Position numbers and translations under genes: made by a program. From the NCBI GenBank assembly GCA_030265395.1, contig JARFYF010000104.1:70276261-70340260 (forward strand): a stretch of DNA of 64,000 nt. The letters run 5' to 3'. Below are positions 12,199 through 24,645 of this stretch, in pieces; positions within the stretch are counted from its first letter, which is position 1, and each line of letters opens with the position of its first letter. The notes beneath the pieces were generated by a model that was not told where the DNA came from, made no database searches, and worked only from the letters and a program-made list of their open reading frames with translations. Origin of the DNA: Rhina ancylostomus (Eukaryota).

Positions 12199-14585
12199 GG
12201 TATTCTGGAATTCTGATTAAGATGGATGGATTGAACATCATTGTTGTTGATGGCAATGGCAAAATGAAAAATAAGCTGCTTCCTAAAACAGTTCTCTGTC
12301 TAATATTTTATACAATTACATGCATCCCCATTTTTCAAATTACTTAGTTACTAAAAAATTAACATTTTGAATTTTCCTGCTATTTATTTGGAGGTTTAAA
12401 AAAAACAGTAATTATGGACAAGGAAGACTGGAATCTTTATTTTGTATCTAGATGACTCATAATTCAGTTGGTGTGTGTGGTTACTGTGCAATTATTATCA
12501 TTGTTGGTAGTCCCTCGGGATAGGGGATGACTTGTTCTATTTCTGAAAGGAAGGTGCCTGTGCACAAATCGTTTTAATGTAGTGTGGCTGCTGCACTTGG
12601 ATCCAATGGCAAGGCAATCCAAGCCCACTGGAGTCCAAGCTCTGTTGCATAGCCTTAATGTGCACGTATGCATACACACTAATGCATGCCACACATGCAC
12701 ACGCACATGCCCATAGTTCTCCTTGTCCACACCTTGCAACCCATCACCAACCACCCCGCAATCCAAATCCCAATCCTCCTTCAGTCTCCCACCTCAGACC
12801 TTCCACCCCTTTACATAGCCACTCCTTCTCCACACATTTCCTCCAGTAACTCTAAAGTAACTTTATTTTTTTTACTGGCATTCTTATGTAAATTTCTTAC
12901 TGGGGACAGTTGTAATATAAACCAAGTGTTGGTAATTTTCCTACTGGTAGGTCAGACCAGTTTACTACCATCTCTCTGCTTCCCTCTTCACTCACTCATT
13001 CACCTTATCTCCATCCTTTTCCCCTACCCCTTCCACAGATGCCAAGTAATTTTGATCTACTATGTATTACAGGGCAATTTGAGGAGCTCTTCTAGATTCT
13101 CTAGTGCTGCAAATTCCACCCGCAGCCATCAATAGCTAGCTTCGTGCAAATTCTGGTTGAAAATGGTTTGAAATGCAACGAGCCTCTATTTTGGCATGAT
13201 CCCCAATAAGGGTGGTAACAAAATGAGGAGGGATGCTCCATTGGTGTGTGGTATCTCCTTCCCACTTTCTTGGGAAAGGTACTTCAAGCTTACTTGAAAT
13301 TTGAGTTAAATTCCAATAAAAAAAAGCCTTGAAATTTCCCATCGTGATCCTATCCTAAAAAAGCTTTATTTTGTGGCTTCCAAATATTTGTTTTAGTTAC
13401 TGTGGTTATGGTTACTGATTAAGATGATACTGCAGCTGAATCTTTCAATTTTAATTGCTTCTACATGGCAGAACAAACTCCCATGTGAGAAAGAGAGAGG
13501 GTGAAAGAATTATTCAGTAAAGTAGGCATCATTATAGCATTTTAGACAAAATAAATAATTGAATGACGTTATGAAGCTTGGAAAGCTCTCCTTGTGAACA
13601 GCATGCAGCCCCAAGTAAATTTGTGTGTGGTTCCCTTGGTGGGCATGTGGCCAGCAACATTTCTTATCACCTGATAAGATAATCTGGTGAATGCACAGTG
13701 GGCAGCTAATGGTAATTAAGGAAGTCAACAGCACAATGCCTAGTGGTAGGCAAGATGAATCATGTCAATGCAACATTTATATTGCTAAACCACTTCTAAC
13801 TATAATCCTGCAATGTCATTGAGTAAACATCGTTTTGTGTGTACAACTGATTAGTTCTGACACTTTGATCAGATTATTATTAAAAACAATGATACATTGG
13901 TAAACAGAATTGAAGTCTTAAATAATCATTTCCTAGGCTGGTACCCAATTAATAAAATCTGTTCTGGCTAAATAACAGGCCATCCCACTTTGCCCTTATG
14001 GGACAAATTTGAGATTGCTGCAGATAAATGGACTCCAATGTTGCATTTGGCTATGGTGGCAAGTTGCTGCACACAAGAGAAGCTGAACTGCCATTCAGCA
14101 GAGTCTAATTCTCCTCTCTTGGATTGTGGCAGCTAAATAATTTTTCTTAGGGAAGTCAATCAAAGAATGTGAAACTGAGGTGGGTAAATAAAATTGAGGT
14201 AATAGCCAAGATCTAACTGAATGACAGAACAGGCCTGAATAGGCTACTCATGCTCGGAGCTGGCACCATAAACTTGGTGCTATTTACATTACTGTTCAGC
14301 TCGGGACTTCACTGTTTCTGCCGATGGTCATAGCTGAAGTTCTGCTTTCTCGTACAGTCATTATACTTGCACCCCATAAACAGCCACAGGGACACACTGT
14401 TTAAACTGCACCAAAAAAATTACTTTCTAACCTGAATTTCTAGCTTAATTGTCTGGCTATGTCACAGGACTCTGTTCATGAAGATACCACTGTGAGAGAA
14501 AGTAATACAAGCTGCCAAGTGGTCCTCGAAAGATGTATTAACATATGCCCGTTGTCAAAATCCTGGACTTGTATGTGTGCGTTAC

Positions 14586-14663
14586 CTTTTTAAGCCTGGC
14601 AAGCAAATTGGCAACTTGTTCATGTTGTTCAGCTTTAGCAAGATCTTCAGCAGTTCTTCCATC
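14586..14663 (-). CDS. DAPK1: DAPK1 exon 19 (78 nt)
   Basis: taacag|GATGGA...AAAAAG|gtaacg; DGRTAEDLAKAEQHEQVANLLARLKK. Confidence 0.94.
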
Positions 14664-14955
14664 CTGTTAAGCAATCAACAATCAATCCAATTAGTCAGAT
14701 TTCCGCTTAATTTCATAACTAACCTGCGAGAAGTCTCTCTGCAATCTGTGAATTTTATTCTCGCACTGTTGGGTTAGAATCCGAAAGATGCCTAACTGTG
14801 CAATCAGACACTGAGCCAAGAGCTGCTTAGCAATTCATTTGTGAAGATTTTGAAATGAACCAGATTTACTGCACTGACTGCATAGTAATTAGTTCCTGCT
14901 ATCACCACATTTAAACATAGCATTTCAGCATGAATGCATAAGTAAATGCCTGCTG

Positions 14956-14958
<3 letters not shown>

Positions 14959-14988
<30 letters not shown>
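14959..14988. repeat. (AG)15 microsatellite
   Basis: Uninterrupted ag dinucleotide run. Confidence 0.95.
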
Positions 14989-14992
<4 letters not shown>

Positions 14993-15611
14993 AACCTTCA
15001 CAAAATATCTCCCTATGTTACATTACTAATTAACATGGATATTAGCATTTTTATCCAGAATACTGGTGACGTTAGATGAAAGATTTTTTTTAGGTTTGGA
15101 AGTCGAGTCAATTATTGTTCATATAGTTCAAATAAACTCAAATACCATGGCCAACATTTTTTGTAAAGAAGAACTTATCTTCTCCCCTCACCACCCACTA
15201 TATACACACAAACCTCCCGAATCTCACAATGGAGGTCAGACAACAGCAACTGTACTACAGCTTGTATATTCCCCCTGATGTGGTCTTTCTCCAAACCCCT
15301 GCAAGCACTCACGTTCCCATACTCCTTTGTGCCAGTCATTTATATTAACTCTCTTCTTTCTCTTTCCAAGTGCATCATTTCACACTTATGTTAAATTTCA
15401 TTAGCTATGTATCTATCAATTTCATCTAACTACAGTTTCAGGGCTCTAAGTTGTCAACCATAACAAAGAACTAGCCTATTCATTTGTTATTATCAGCCAA
15501 ATAATTTATTATTATCTGCATAATATTCATATAAATGCACTTTTCAACGGCAGGCTGATGCTCAAAAACAGCAAGTTCAACTGTTGATTCCATTCGATTT
15601 AACATATACCA

Positions 15612-15740
15612 GAAGTCTTGATGCAGGGTTTCGATGCAAAACATTGACAATTCTTTTCCTCCCAAAGATGCTGCTTGATTTGCTCAGTTCCTCCAGGAAA
15701 TTGTTGCTGCAGATTCCAGCATCTGCAGTCTCCTGTGTCA
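15612..15740 (+). repeat. Short palindromic interspersed repeat (Penelope-associated type); further copies at about 17272-17320, 17740-17830, 32080-32175 and 47005-47235
   Basis: Shared motif agatgctgc(c/t)tga(c/t)ctgctgag...tccagcatt...cagattccagcatctgcagt. Confidence 0.6.
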
Positions 15741-16629
15741 CCAGAATCTGAACCTGGATCTTCTAATGTATAGGTGGTACTACACTAAATCTTTCTGCAC
15801 TGTGAAACTCTTAAACAGAGATGTCCACACAATTTCCAAATTGGGAAGCAACCCCAGTGTAAAAGGGAATAATTGCAAAACCAACATCTGGCTCCCTCAG
15901 CCTTTGCACTTAGACATACCACTCTGGTGGCTCCAGGAAACTCCTAACACTTCAATTGGAATCAGTACATGAGCAATCTCTGAAATATATACATCATGCT
16001 AAATGTTTTTCAGGAACACTGTGACTTGCAACAGGCTCAACCAGTTATATTCCCATACCGCCACCATGGGGACATATACCTAACTGCGCATTTAAATCAC
16101 TAAAAATTAATTAGTTCCATTTCAAAGCTCTGCTGTGTTCAGCAATTGCTTTACTTTTGTTTTAAAAAAACAAAAACAGTCGATGAGCATTTTAGCAGCT
16201 GCACTGATCTAAAACTGACATTTCTGCTGTAAGTTAGAAATGTGAAATGCTTATACCCTTCTCCCTACATGCTTGTTCATAGATCTTCACATTTGACTTT
16301 ACTGCTTTTGCGGTTCAGTCACTGGTTTTTGGCTGTAAAAAAGTAAAGAGACCACAGCTTAACAATATCTAATGAGGATTGAAATCTGCCATTAAGATTT
16401 TAAATGAACCAAATGCTTCAAAATTTACAGGAGACTAATATTTGCTCCTTAAATTATATATGAGCAAACTTCTGATTTCTGCAAGGACATGTTCAAAACT
16501 GGGCATGCACGTGGAGCTGAAGTTTCAATGTGGAAATCTATCTGCTAGCCACACCCACAAATTAAATGGTAAATGCTCTTGGATGATCTTCTGTTTGATA
16601 AAATAAAAGTAAACTGAATTCAGGGTGGC

Positions 16630-17260
16630 ATGGCTATAACAAGGTACAGCAAACAATTAGGAAGGCAAATGATACGCTAAACTTTGTTGCGAGGATTTGA
16701 GTAGTAGAGTAGGGACGTCTTGATCAAATTATATGCAGCCCTTGTGACACTGCATCTGGAATAACCCAAGGAAGTATATAGACACAAAAGAGGGAATGTG
16801 GTGAAGATTCAGCAGATTGATTGCTGGGATGTTGGGTCTGATGTATTAAGAGAGAATAAACAGATTGAGCTTAAAATCTTGAGTTTTGAAGAATGAGGTG
16901 CAATGTCATTTAAATGTACAACATTCCTTTGGGGCTTAATAAGTTAGGTGTGAAGTTGATATTCCCAATGTCTGGTTGTCTAAAATCAGGGGTTACAGTC
17001 TCACAATAAGGGGTCAACCATTCAGGATAGAGAAGAGAATAAACTTCTTCACCTTGAAGATAGTGACATTTTTTTTAAAACCAAAAATACTGCGGAGGTT
17101 CAGTCCCCAAGTACATACAATACAGAGAAACAGATTTTCTGATATAAAGGGAATTGAGGGATATGAGCTTAGTGCAAGAAAGGGGCACTCAGCCGAAAGA
17201 GGAGTCTGATCTTATTGAATGCTAGAGTGGCTATGAGGGGCCAAATGGTCTTTTCCTTCA
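16630..17260 (+). mobile_element. CR1-clade LINE 3' fragment
   Basis: ORF 16976 (IRGYSLTIRGQPFRIEKRINFFT) resembles the CR1 ORF2 C-terminus; 3' UTR follows. Confidence 0.7.
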
Positions 17261-19122
17261 TTCTTAATGTGCTGTCAGACCTGCTGAGTATTTCCAGCAT
17301 TTTTAGGTTTTATTTGTCCTCGTTGATCCAGGGGGGCCAATGCCAATATGACACCTCATTAGCAGCTAGCTAACATCAGCTTCTCTCATACAAAGTGAGA
17401 AATGAACCTGGGAGCTTCAGGTTCTGCTCTACTTACATCAGCAACATAACACAGCACTGATATTTTGTGTCAAGGTACTCAAGTGATTTGCTCTATTTTG
17501 ACTGAATTTTTTGTTTTAATGTCTTAATATTCTATTTTGATACTTTTTCTTTACTTGTGGCTTTCTTATGCTGCTGCACATTCCAATGTTCTTTTCACAT
17601 CTTTTCATAACCTTAACTTCACTGATATTTCATAACATTTAACAACTATTTTCTGTTAAGTAGCTTGCAAGTGATTTAACCATTTTGCATCCTGCTTCTC
17701 TCCTGTCTTAATTTATCTTTCGAGATCTTCCTAAACTTTCTCCAGTTCTCAAAGTGGGTTACATACCAGAAATGTCAATGCCTCATTTATCTTTACTGAT
17801 ACTAGTAAGCATTTGCAAAATATCCTGCATCCGAACAAAAAAAACCTGTTCTGTAATGTAAATTATTAAAAAATAAGATCAAGTGCTTCAAATCTCAGCA
17901 CATAATTAACATGTCCACATATACACTCAGAATAACCAGAAAGAAGCAGCTTAGTGACAAAAAAGATCCATCCTGGAAATGATCAACAGATAAGGCAGCG
18001 TTTGTGGGGAACGAGTGAGAGGGCTGCAGTTAATTCTGAAATATTAACTAAGGCATTAATGATACAAATAAAAGATTGCTAATATGAAATTTAAGCTTTG
18101 TGGTTCCACCAGTGCTGCCTGATCAGCTGACTACTTCCTTTTTTTTCTGTCTAAATTCAAGACTTCTGAAATTCATATTATTGCTTTCAAATGAGACAAG
18201 CAGTTTGCATTAATACAGCAGCGCATATCTTGTATTTTGAAAATACAAATTAAAATGAGAAAATTATTAATCACCATTTAAGTACATCAAAAGATTTACA
18301 ATTCCAATTCAGTTAACCAGCAAGAACTAGGATTATTCTTTTGCACGCAGCCAAACCNNNNNNNNNNNNNNNNNNNNNNNNNNNNNNNNNNNNNNNNNNN
18401 NNNNNNNNNNNNNNNNNNNNNNNNNNNNNNNNNNNNNNNNNNNNNNNNNNNNNNNNNNNNNNNNAAAATAAATATTAAACTGAAAATATTTAACCAGTTA
18501 AACATCACTCAAAATCCCTAGCCTGTGCTGAATTATCTGATCTACCAGGAAGCACCTAGTTTGCATCATCCTTAGCTAAAAAAACGAACAAAAATAGCCA
18601 AGTTTCGTATTCCTTTCACTATTTAGAGACTCTGAGGAGGTTTAGATGGCTATACTAGCCCTACTGCATACTTAGTGAAGAGTCAGTGAGTGAGATTGCA
18701 GGCTGCTGATGTTCAACCCATGATCTCACAATTTGCCCCTTTCAGTAGAGAAAAGGGAGCAAACAAAGGAGAAAAAAAAATCAGGACGATTATGACTTGC
18801 ATCTATTTAGATGTTGCCTCAAAAAGATTAGGACAATGCACTGACTTTGTGGGACCTGCGTATTTTTTTCCACTGAATGGAGAGACAGAAGTTCATATCA
18901 GCTTGCTCTATCAATATAAAAGTAAGCCAAGTTAGTATCTTGGTTTCCTCTGTCAGTTTGAGTCAATTCAGAAAATTCTTTGGAAACATTGATCATAATT
19001 CAAACATCATTCCTACCTCACTAATTTTAAGCTAATTTGTTTTATTATGAGGTGAGACCATTGAAAATTAATAGAATGAATTAATTAGAGCTTCAATAAA
19101 AATGATAATCTGATCAACTTAC

Positions 19123-19221
19123 CAAACTAACAGCTTCCACATTAACACCAGCAAGGCAGAGGTGGCGCACAACTTCAAGACTCCCTGAATTAGCAGCTAG
19201 GTGCAAAGGTGTTCTTCCATA
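19123..19221 (-). CDS. DAPK1: DAPK1 exon 18 (99 nt), ankyrin repeat
   Basis: acatag|TATGGA...AGTTTG|gtaagt; YGRTPLHLAANSGSLEVVRHLCLAGVNVEAVSL. Confidence 0.95.
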
Positions 19222-20779
19222 CTATGTGGAGAAACAAACACGATTAATGCAGGAAAGGCAAAGATATTTAAAAAGAATGAAACAACTTCTGCAATGTAAC
19301 ATTTTTTTCTGGAAAGGGGAAGCATTCAAATTGCTAGCACATCTCTTATCCCACAGGGACAAGGCGGATTAGGAAAGGCTTCAATTGGTTGCTGTTCCTC
19401 ACGGATGAAGGAGGGCTGATTTAAATGCCTATGGAGAGGTTGTCTTTGGTGATCTCCTTAATCCCAGACTCCAATGCTCATGAATGGTGAAGTTCATTTA
19501 ACAGTATTGAGAAAAAAAGAACACACATTTGTGTATATCCTCAGGATTTGAGATCCAAAACAATTTTACACAAAACTTCAAAGTACATGCACCAAACTTT
19601 AGGGTGCATTGCTGGATAGCCAAATTTGATCAGGGTTTAAAAACTCTTGTTTCATACAGATGATAAAATCTATCTGTTGGAAATTCACTTCCTCATAATG
19701 GGTGCTGCNNNNNNNNNNNNNNNNNNNNNNNNNNNNNNNNNNNNNNNNNNNNNNNNNNNNNNNNNNNNNNNNNNNNNNNNNNNNNNNNNNNNNNNNNNNN
19801 NNNNNNNNNNNNNNNNNNNNNNNNNNNNNNNNNNNNNNNNNNNNNNNNNNNNNNNNNNNNNNNNNNNNNNNNNNNNNNNNNNNNNNNNNNNNNNNNNNNN
19901 NNNNNNNNNNNNNNNNNNNNNNNNNNNNNNNNNNNNNNNNNNNNNNNNNNNNNNNNNNNNNNNNNNNNNNNNNNNNNNNNNNNNNNNNNNNNNNNNNNNN
20001 NNNNNNNNNNNNNNNNNNNNNNNNNNNNNNNNNNNNNNNNNNNNNNNNNNNNNNNNNNNNNNNNNNNNNNNNNNNNNNNNNNNNNNNNNNNNNNGGCAGT
20101 GGTTGGACAGACAATTCTGAGAGTGAGGCGGGGGTATGTGTGCTGTCAGACTGGGTGTGAGTCAGGTAGATGAGGTGTTGAAAAGCAAAAGGGTGGTCAG
20201 GAGAACACAGGAATGACCAAGCTAAGAGCTAACCAAAGGTAGGAATGAAGATTTCAATAGTTCATGAGCTGACGAAGTGATGGAGGTAGATAACGTTAAG
20301 AGCGTGAAATGATAGAGCTCATGTTATGGATTAAATATGACCACAATACTGCAGCAAATATGATTCAGTTATGAGGGAAGGATAGATGTGGTGGTTTGTG
20401 AATGGAATTTAAAGCAGGGAATTAAAGGTAAAGTCTTCATTTTGAGGAAATTTCTGCTCATACAGTACTGCAAGACAAACAGGAGTATGACACATTACAG
20501 ACCAGGTAGAGAGACAGCGGTGGCAAGCTAGAGCTTAGTAGGATTTCTAAAGAACCTATTCTGTTTCTGAATGACATTGCTAAGGGAGTGGGGAAGGAAG
20601 GAGGCAATGATGGATCCTTGATGTACTCCAGATGAACCCGACTCCATCACAGTCTTCATTCAATGAATATTTCACTCACCAATAGCAATATCTTGCAGTA
20701 CTTTGTTACACATTTATTTACTATTATAATGCGAGGTTAAGAAATTCAAATAAAACAAAAAACTTAGTGATGACATTAC

Positions 20780-20977
20780 CTTATTAGTTATATCAAGGTT
20801 GCAGTTTGCATCACAAAGAGCCATAACAATAGCTATGTTGCTATCTTTGCAGGCTATGTGCAGAGCTGAATTACCATGCAAATCTTGCACATCTACAAAG
20901 CACCCTTGACTTAGTAGGTACTTCACCACCTCTATCTGGCATCTTCGTACTGCAAGGTGCAGAGCTGTGTGACCATC
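20780..20977 (-). CDS. DAPK1: DAPK1 exon 17 (198 nt), two ankyrin repeats
   Basis: tttcag|GATGGT...AATAAG|gtaatg; DGHTALHLAVRRCQIEVVKYLLSQGCFVDVQDLHGNSALHIACKDSNIAIVMALCDANCNLDITNK. Confidence 0.95.
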
Positions 20978-22294
20978 CTGAAAAAAAAATTAAGCAGTTT
21001 AAAATTATGCAACAAAACACAAAAGGTAGAAACTGCTGTTTGCCTTTCTTGGAGTGAAACAAACCAGGCATTGGATTCCTTGAATATGCATCTTATGTAC
21101 TTCACAGCTGTTAAAGAACACATTTTGATAAATTCTTCACTTCTGGAGCAGGGTAGGAGTCAGGCGGTTTCACTTAGAATTCTTTGCAATTCCTAGTCGA
21201 AAGGTGAGGAATTTAATTTAACTGTCAAATGACGACCCCTTGACTCAGACAATGCCTGTAGCACATATGTTCCAATTCTGTGCCATGAAACAGGGTCGAA
21301 CTAATTTCTGCCCAATATGTGATACAAACTTAATGTGAAAACAGACCTATCTGACATAGAAAGGCAACTCTTGTTTAAGGGTAGATTAGCTTAAATTTAA
21401 ATAAAATGCTGCCCTGCACCATCGCAACTCTGAAATCACCACTCCAACTCTCAAGTAATTATGTTATTAATGCACTTGAAGTCTGACCATCTCATGGTCC
21501 CAAGAATGCTCTAAGCACTGCATGTAAGGAAACCAGGACACAACTGGAACTTCCCTAACAAAGTATTAAATGGAGAAATACTTTAACTGATGGCCATTTC
21601 CTAAAGATTTGGGCATTAATATCATATACCCTGGATATTTGCAGACACAAGATCTTTGCAAACATGCTTCATGTAACATTAGAAACTCTGCAAAAAAAAA
21701 TAGCAGCAGGGCAGTAAATTTAGGCACATCTTGCAAATAAACAACCTAACTATTTGTTGAATTCTGTCCTGTCTGTCTCCTTTTAGGATGTCTGAAATTC
21801 CATTTCAGCCCTCTGGAATAACTAGAACATTCGCATGCATCAGTTCTCTTCCCAGTTTGCTTCACTTTTTATTTCTATCCAACTAATTCCTAGTCCAATT
21901 CCTACTTAGAGATCTTTTTTTATTAAACCATTGGCCATGATACCTCAAACCCAAGTGAAGCTCTGGTTACCTGGTTCAAATCCTGCCATCAGGAGAAGGA
22001 ATTCCTGATGATATTGCACATTACCAGATATTCTGTGACCATTTGTAAAACCATTATTCCCCACATGAAGTAGAATGTGTGATACTGCTATTAACTAGTT
22101 AAGCCTATGCATCCTATTCAAAAGCAATGATTTATCCACAATTGCTCACTCACATTTCTGACCATCAGCTTGACATTGGATAACTACATATACATATGCA
22201 CATTCACATATTGGCTGGTAGTGAGGAGCCTCATAACAAAATCATATCGCATTTTCAAAAGTCATCTTTCCCAGGACTACAACTGAGATTTTCC

Positions 22295-22520
22295 CAGTCT
22301 ACATGGTTCATGTAGAGTGTAGTGGGTATAGGGAACCTGCTGCCAGAGGATGCTGTGGGTACAATTACAACATTTAAAAGACATTTGGTTAGGTGAATGG
22401 ATAGAAAAGGTTTAAAGGGTATGGGCAAATGCAGGCAAGTGGGACTAGCTTTAGTAAGCATCTTGGTCAGCATGGATGAGTTGGGCCAAAAGGCCTACTA
22501 CTGTGTTGCATGACTATTTA
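22295..22520 (+). mobile_element. CR1-clade LINE 3' end
   Basis: ggaacctgctgccagagga...acatttaaaagacatttgg...gggccaaaaggcct. Confidence 0.7.
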
Positions 22521-23534
22521 CTGCAACAACCAGAAAAGATACAAGGAAAATAATATTTTCTCCATTTGAAGCTTTAGATCTTTTTGCTCCTTAGTGGTTT
22601 GATACCTTGTACTCATTGATCACAAAGATTTGAATGCCCAGATGTGTTAATCTGATAAATATAGACTTGTGTGAATTGTTAGCTCCTTTTGCTTAATTTA
22701 TGGCAAAGTAGAATTGTTGGCGTGTGTGCACAGAAGTTAAAAGTTGCAGAAATGTTGACTGTGGTGCGAGCCAACAAAAAACCCCACTTTCATAATGGTT
22801 TTGGTTGCATTGTTCTAGTTCCAGAAAATCTACTCACTTTCATTCATTATATATAGATATTTGTACTATATATTTGGTGCCATCAGCAAAGACTTTAATT
22901 AAAATGTGTTCTCACATCAGCATTAATTTACTCTGGATTGTGTGAAGTTGACATTCACGTGCCACTCCTAAACCTGTCTTCTTCCCAGCAGAACTTACTT
23001 TGTACATTTGCAATTCTGTTGCCAGGATGAGAGCCAGATTCAATCACAATATCAGGAGATGCCAGTATACAGTTTTGGCCTCCAATGATCTCAACTCAAC
23101 AAGTGTACTTATAGGAAGTGCTCATCTCCTTTACAGCAGCATTGCTGAAAGTAGTAATCAGAATGCTCATCACAGTGCAAGAGCAATCTGAGAAGAAAGG
23201 GTCTGTTGTCATAAAATGGTTTTCAAAAATGAGAAGTGATTCATTGACAAACCTTGTGTTCCATGAGGAGAGCATGAGCCTTGCTGTAATATCACTGTTG
23301 CAAGAACATACAAATATTGTGACATTGGAAAGGAGGAAAAAAAGTACCATCATCTTCACGGGGTATACTGCTAAAATAATAACACAGAGCAAATAACAAT
23401 TGGCTCTATGGCTAGCACTGACGCCTAAAGGAAAACACACCACAGTGTGGATTGGAAAATCAGTCTCCCAAGGACTGGTAACATTATGAAGTGGCATAAT
23501 CAAACACTAATCAAGTTATGTGCTCAAAACTGAC

Positions 23535-23732
23535 CGTGTCAACTTCATCCATGTCTGCACAATGTTCCATCAGACATTCCACAATATCCACATAGCCTCT
23601 TGCAGATGCAGTCAAGAGAGGCGTCTCTCCTTCTTTATTCTTAATGTGAACATCACAATCAGCTTCACAGAGTGCTTTGGCCACTGCATAGTAACCATGC
23701 CATGCTGCACAGTGCAATGGGGTTTCTTGTTC
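23535..23732 (-). CDS. DAPK1: DAPK1 exon 16 (198 nt), two ankyrin repeats
   Basis: taccag|GAACAA...GACACG|gtcagt; EQETPLHCAAWHGYYAVAKALCEADC...GETPLLTASARGYVDIVECLMEHCADMDEVDT. Confidence 0.95.
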
Positions 23733-23989
23733 CTGGTACAAAGAAAAAATAAGGGGAATTAAAATTTTAGTAATAGTGAATAAATTAGGTACAATTACAA
23801 TCAAGTATTAAAAGATAATGGAACTAGAAATGTTGCAGTGGTGAAAGAAATAACACATCAATGCAATTTAAAAAGAGTGAACTGAATATGCATTGAGAAT
23901 CACTGTTTATGAAAATGCAAGATCCAAGACAAATCTTTGAATGGCACCACTTCAAAATAACCTGCATCCTGACTCATGCAAATAAATAT

Positions 23990-24645
23990 ATAAAATAGGA
24001 ACAGGAATGGTCCATTCAATCCCTCAAACATTCTGCTATTTAATAGGATCATGGCTGATCTGATTGTAACCTCAACTCCAGTCTACCCACTGTAACCTTT
24101 ATCCTTTGCTTATCAAGTATCTGCCTACTTTTGCCTTAAGGTTCCACAGCCTTTGAGGGTGTATTCAGGACTCACAACACTCAGAAAATTTCTTCCTTCC
24201 ATTTTAAATTGACAAGCCTTCATTTTTTAGCAGTTACCCTTAGTTCTAGATTCATCCACAAGAGGAACCATCCTCTCCTCATCCACCCCGTAAAGATACT
24301 TCAGGATCTTATGTTTAAATCAAATGCATCCTCACTTTTCTAAAATCCTACAGATACAAATCTATCCCATCTGAACTTTCCTCATAAGGCATTCACCCAT
24401 TTCAGGTATTGATCTAGGAAACCTCCTCTCAACTACTTCCAATTCATTAACATCCTTCCTTAAACAAGGAGACCAATATTGTACACAGTATTCCAAATGC
24501 AGTCCTATCAATGCTGTACATAACTGAAGCATAACTTCCCTATATGTGTTCAATTCCCCTAGCAATAAACAAAATGTTCCATTAGTTTTACCACTTACTT
24601 CCAGTACCTCCATACTAGTCTTTTGCCAGTGATGCACTAGGACAA
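23990..24645 (-). mobile_element. CR1-clade LINE 3' fragment
   Basis: ORF 24362-24637 (LHLEYCVQYWSPCLRKDVNELEVVERRF). Confidence 0.8.

Noticed and set aside
19599-20160. Long ORFs crossing N runs (also near 9400, 32300, 46100 and 55150)
   Set aside because: Artefacts of translating through assembly gaps.
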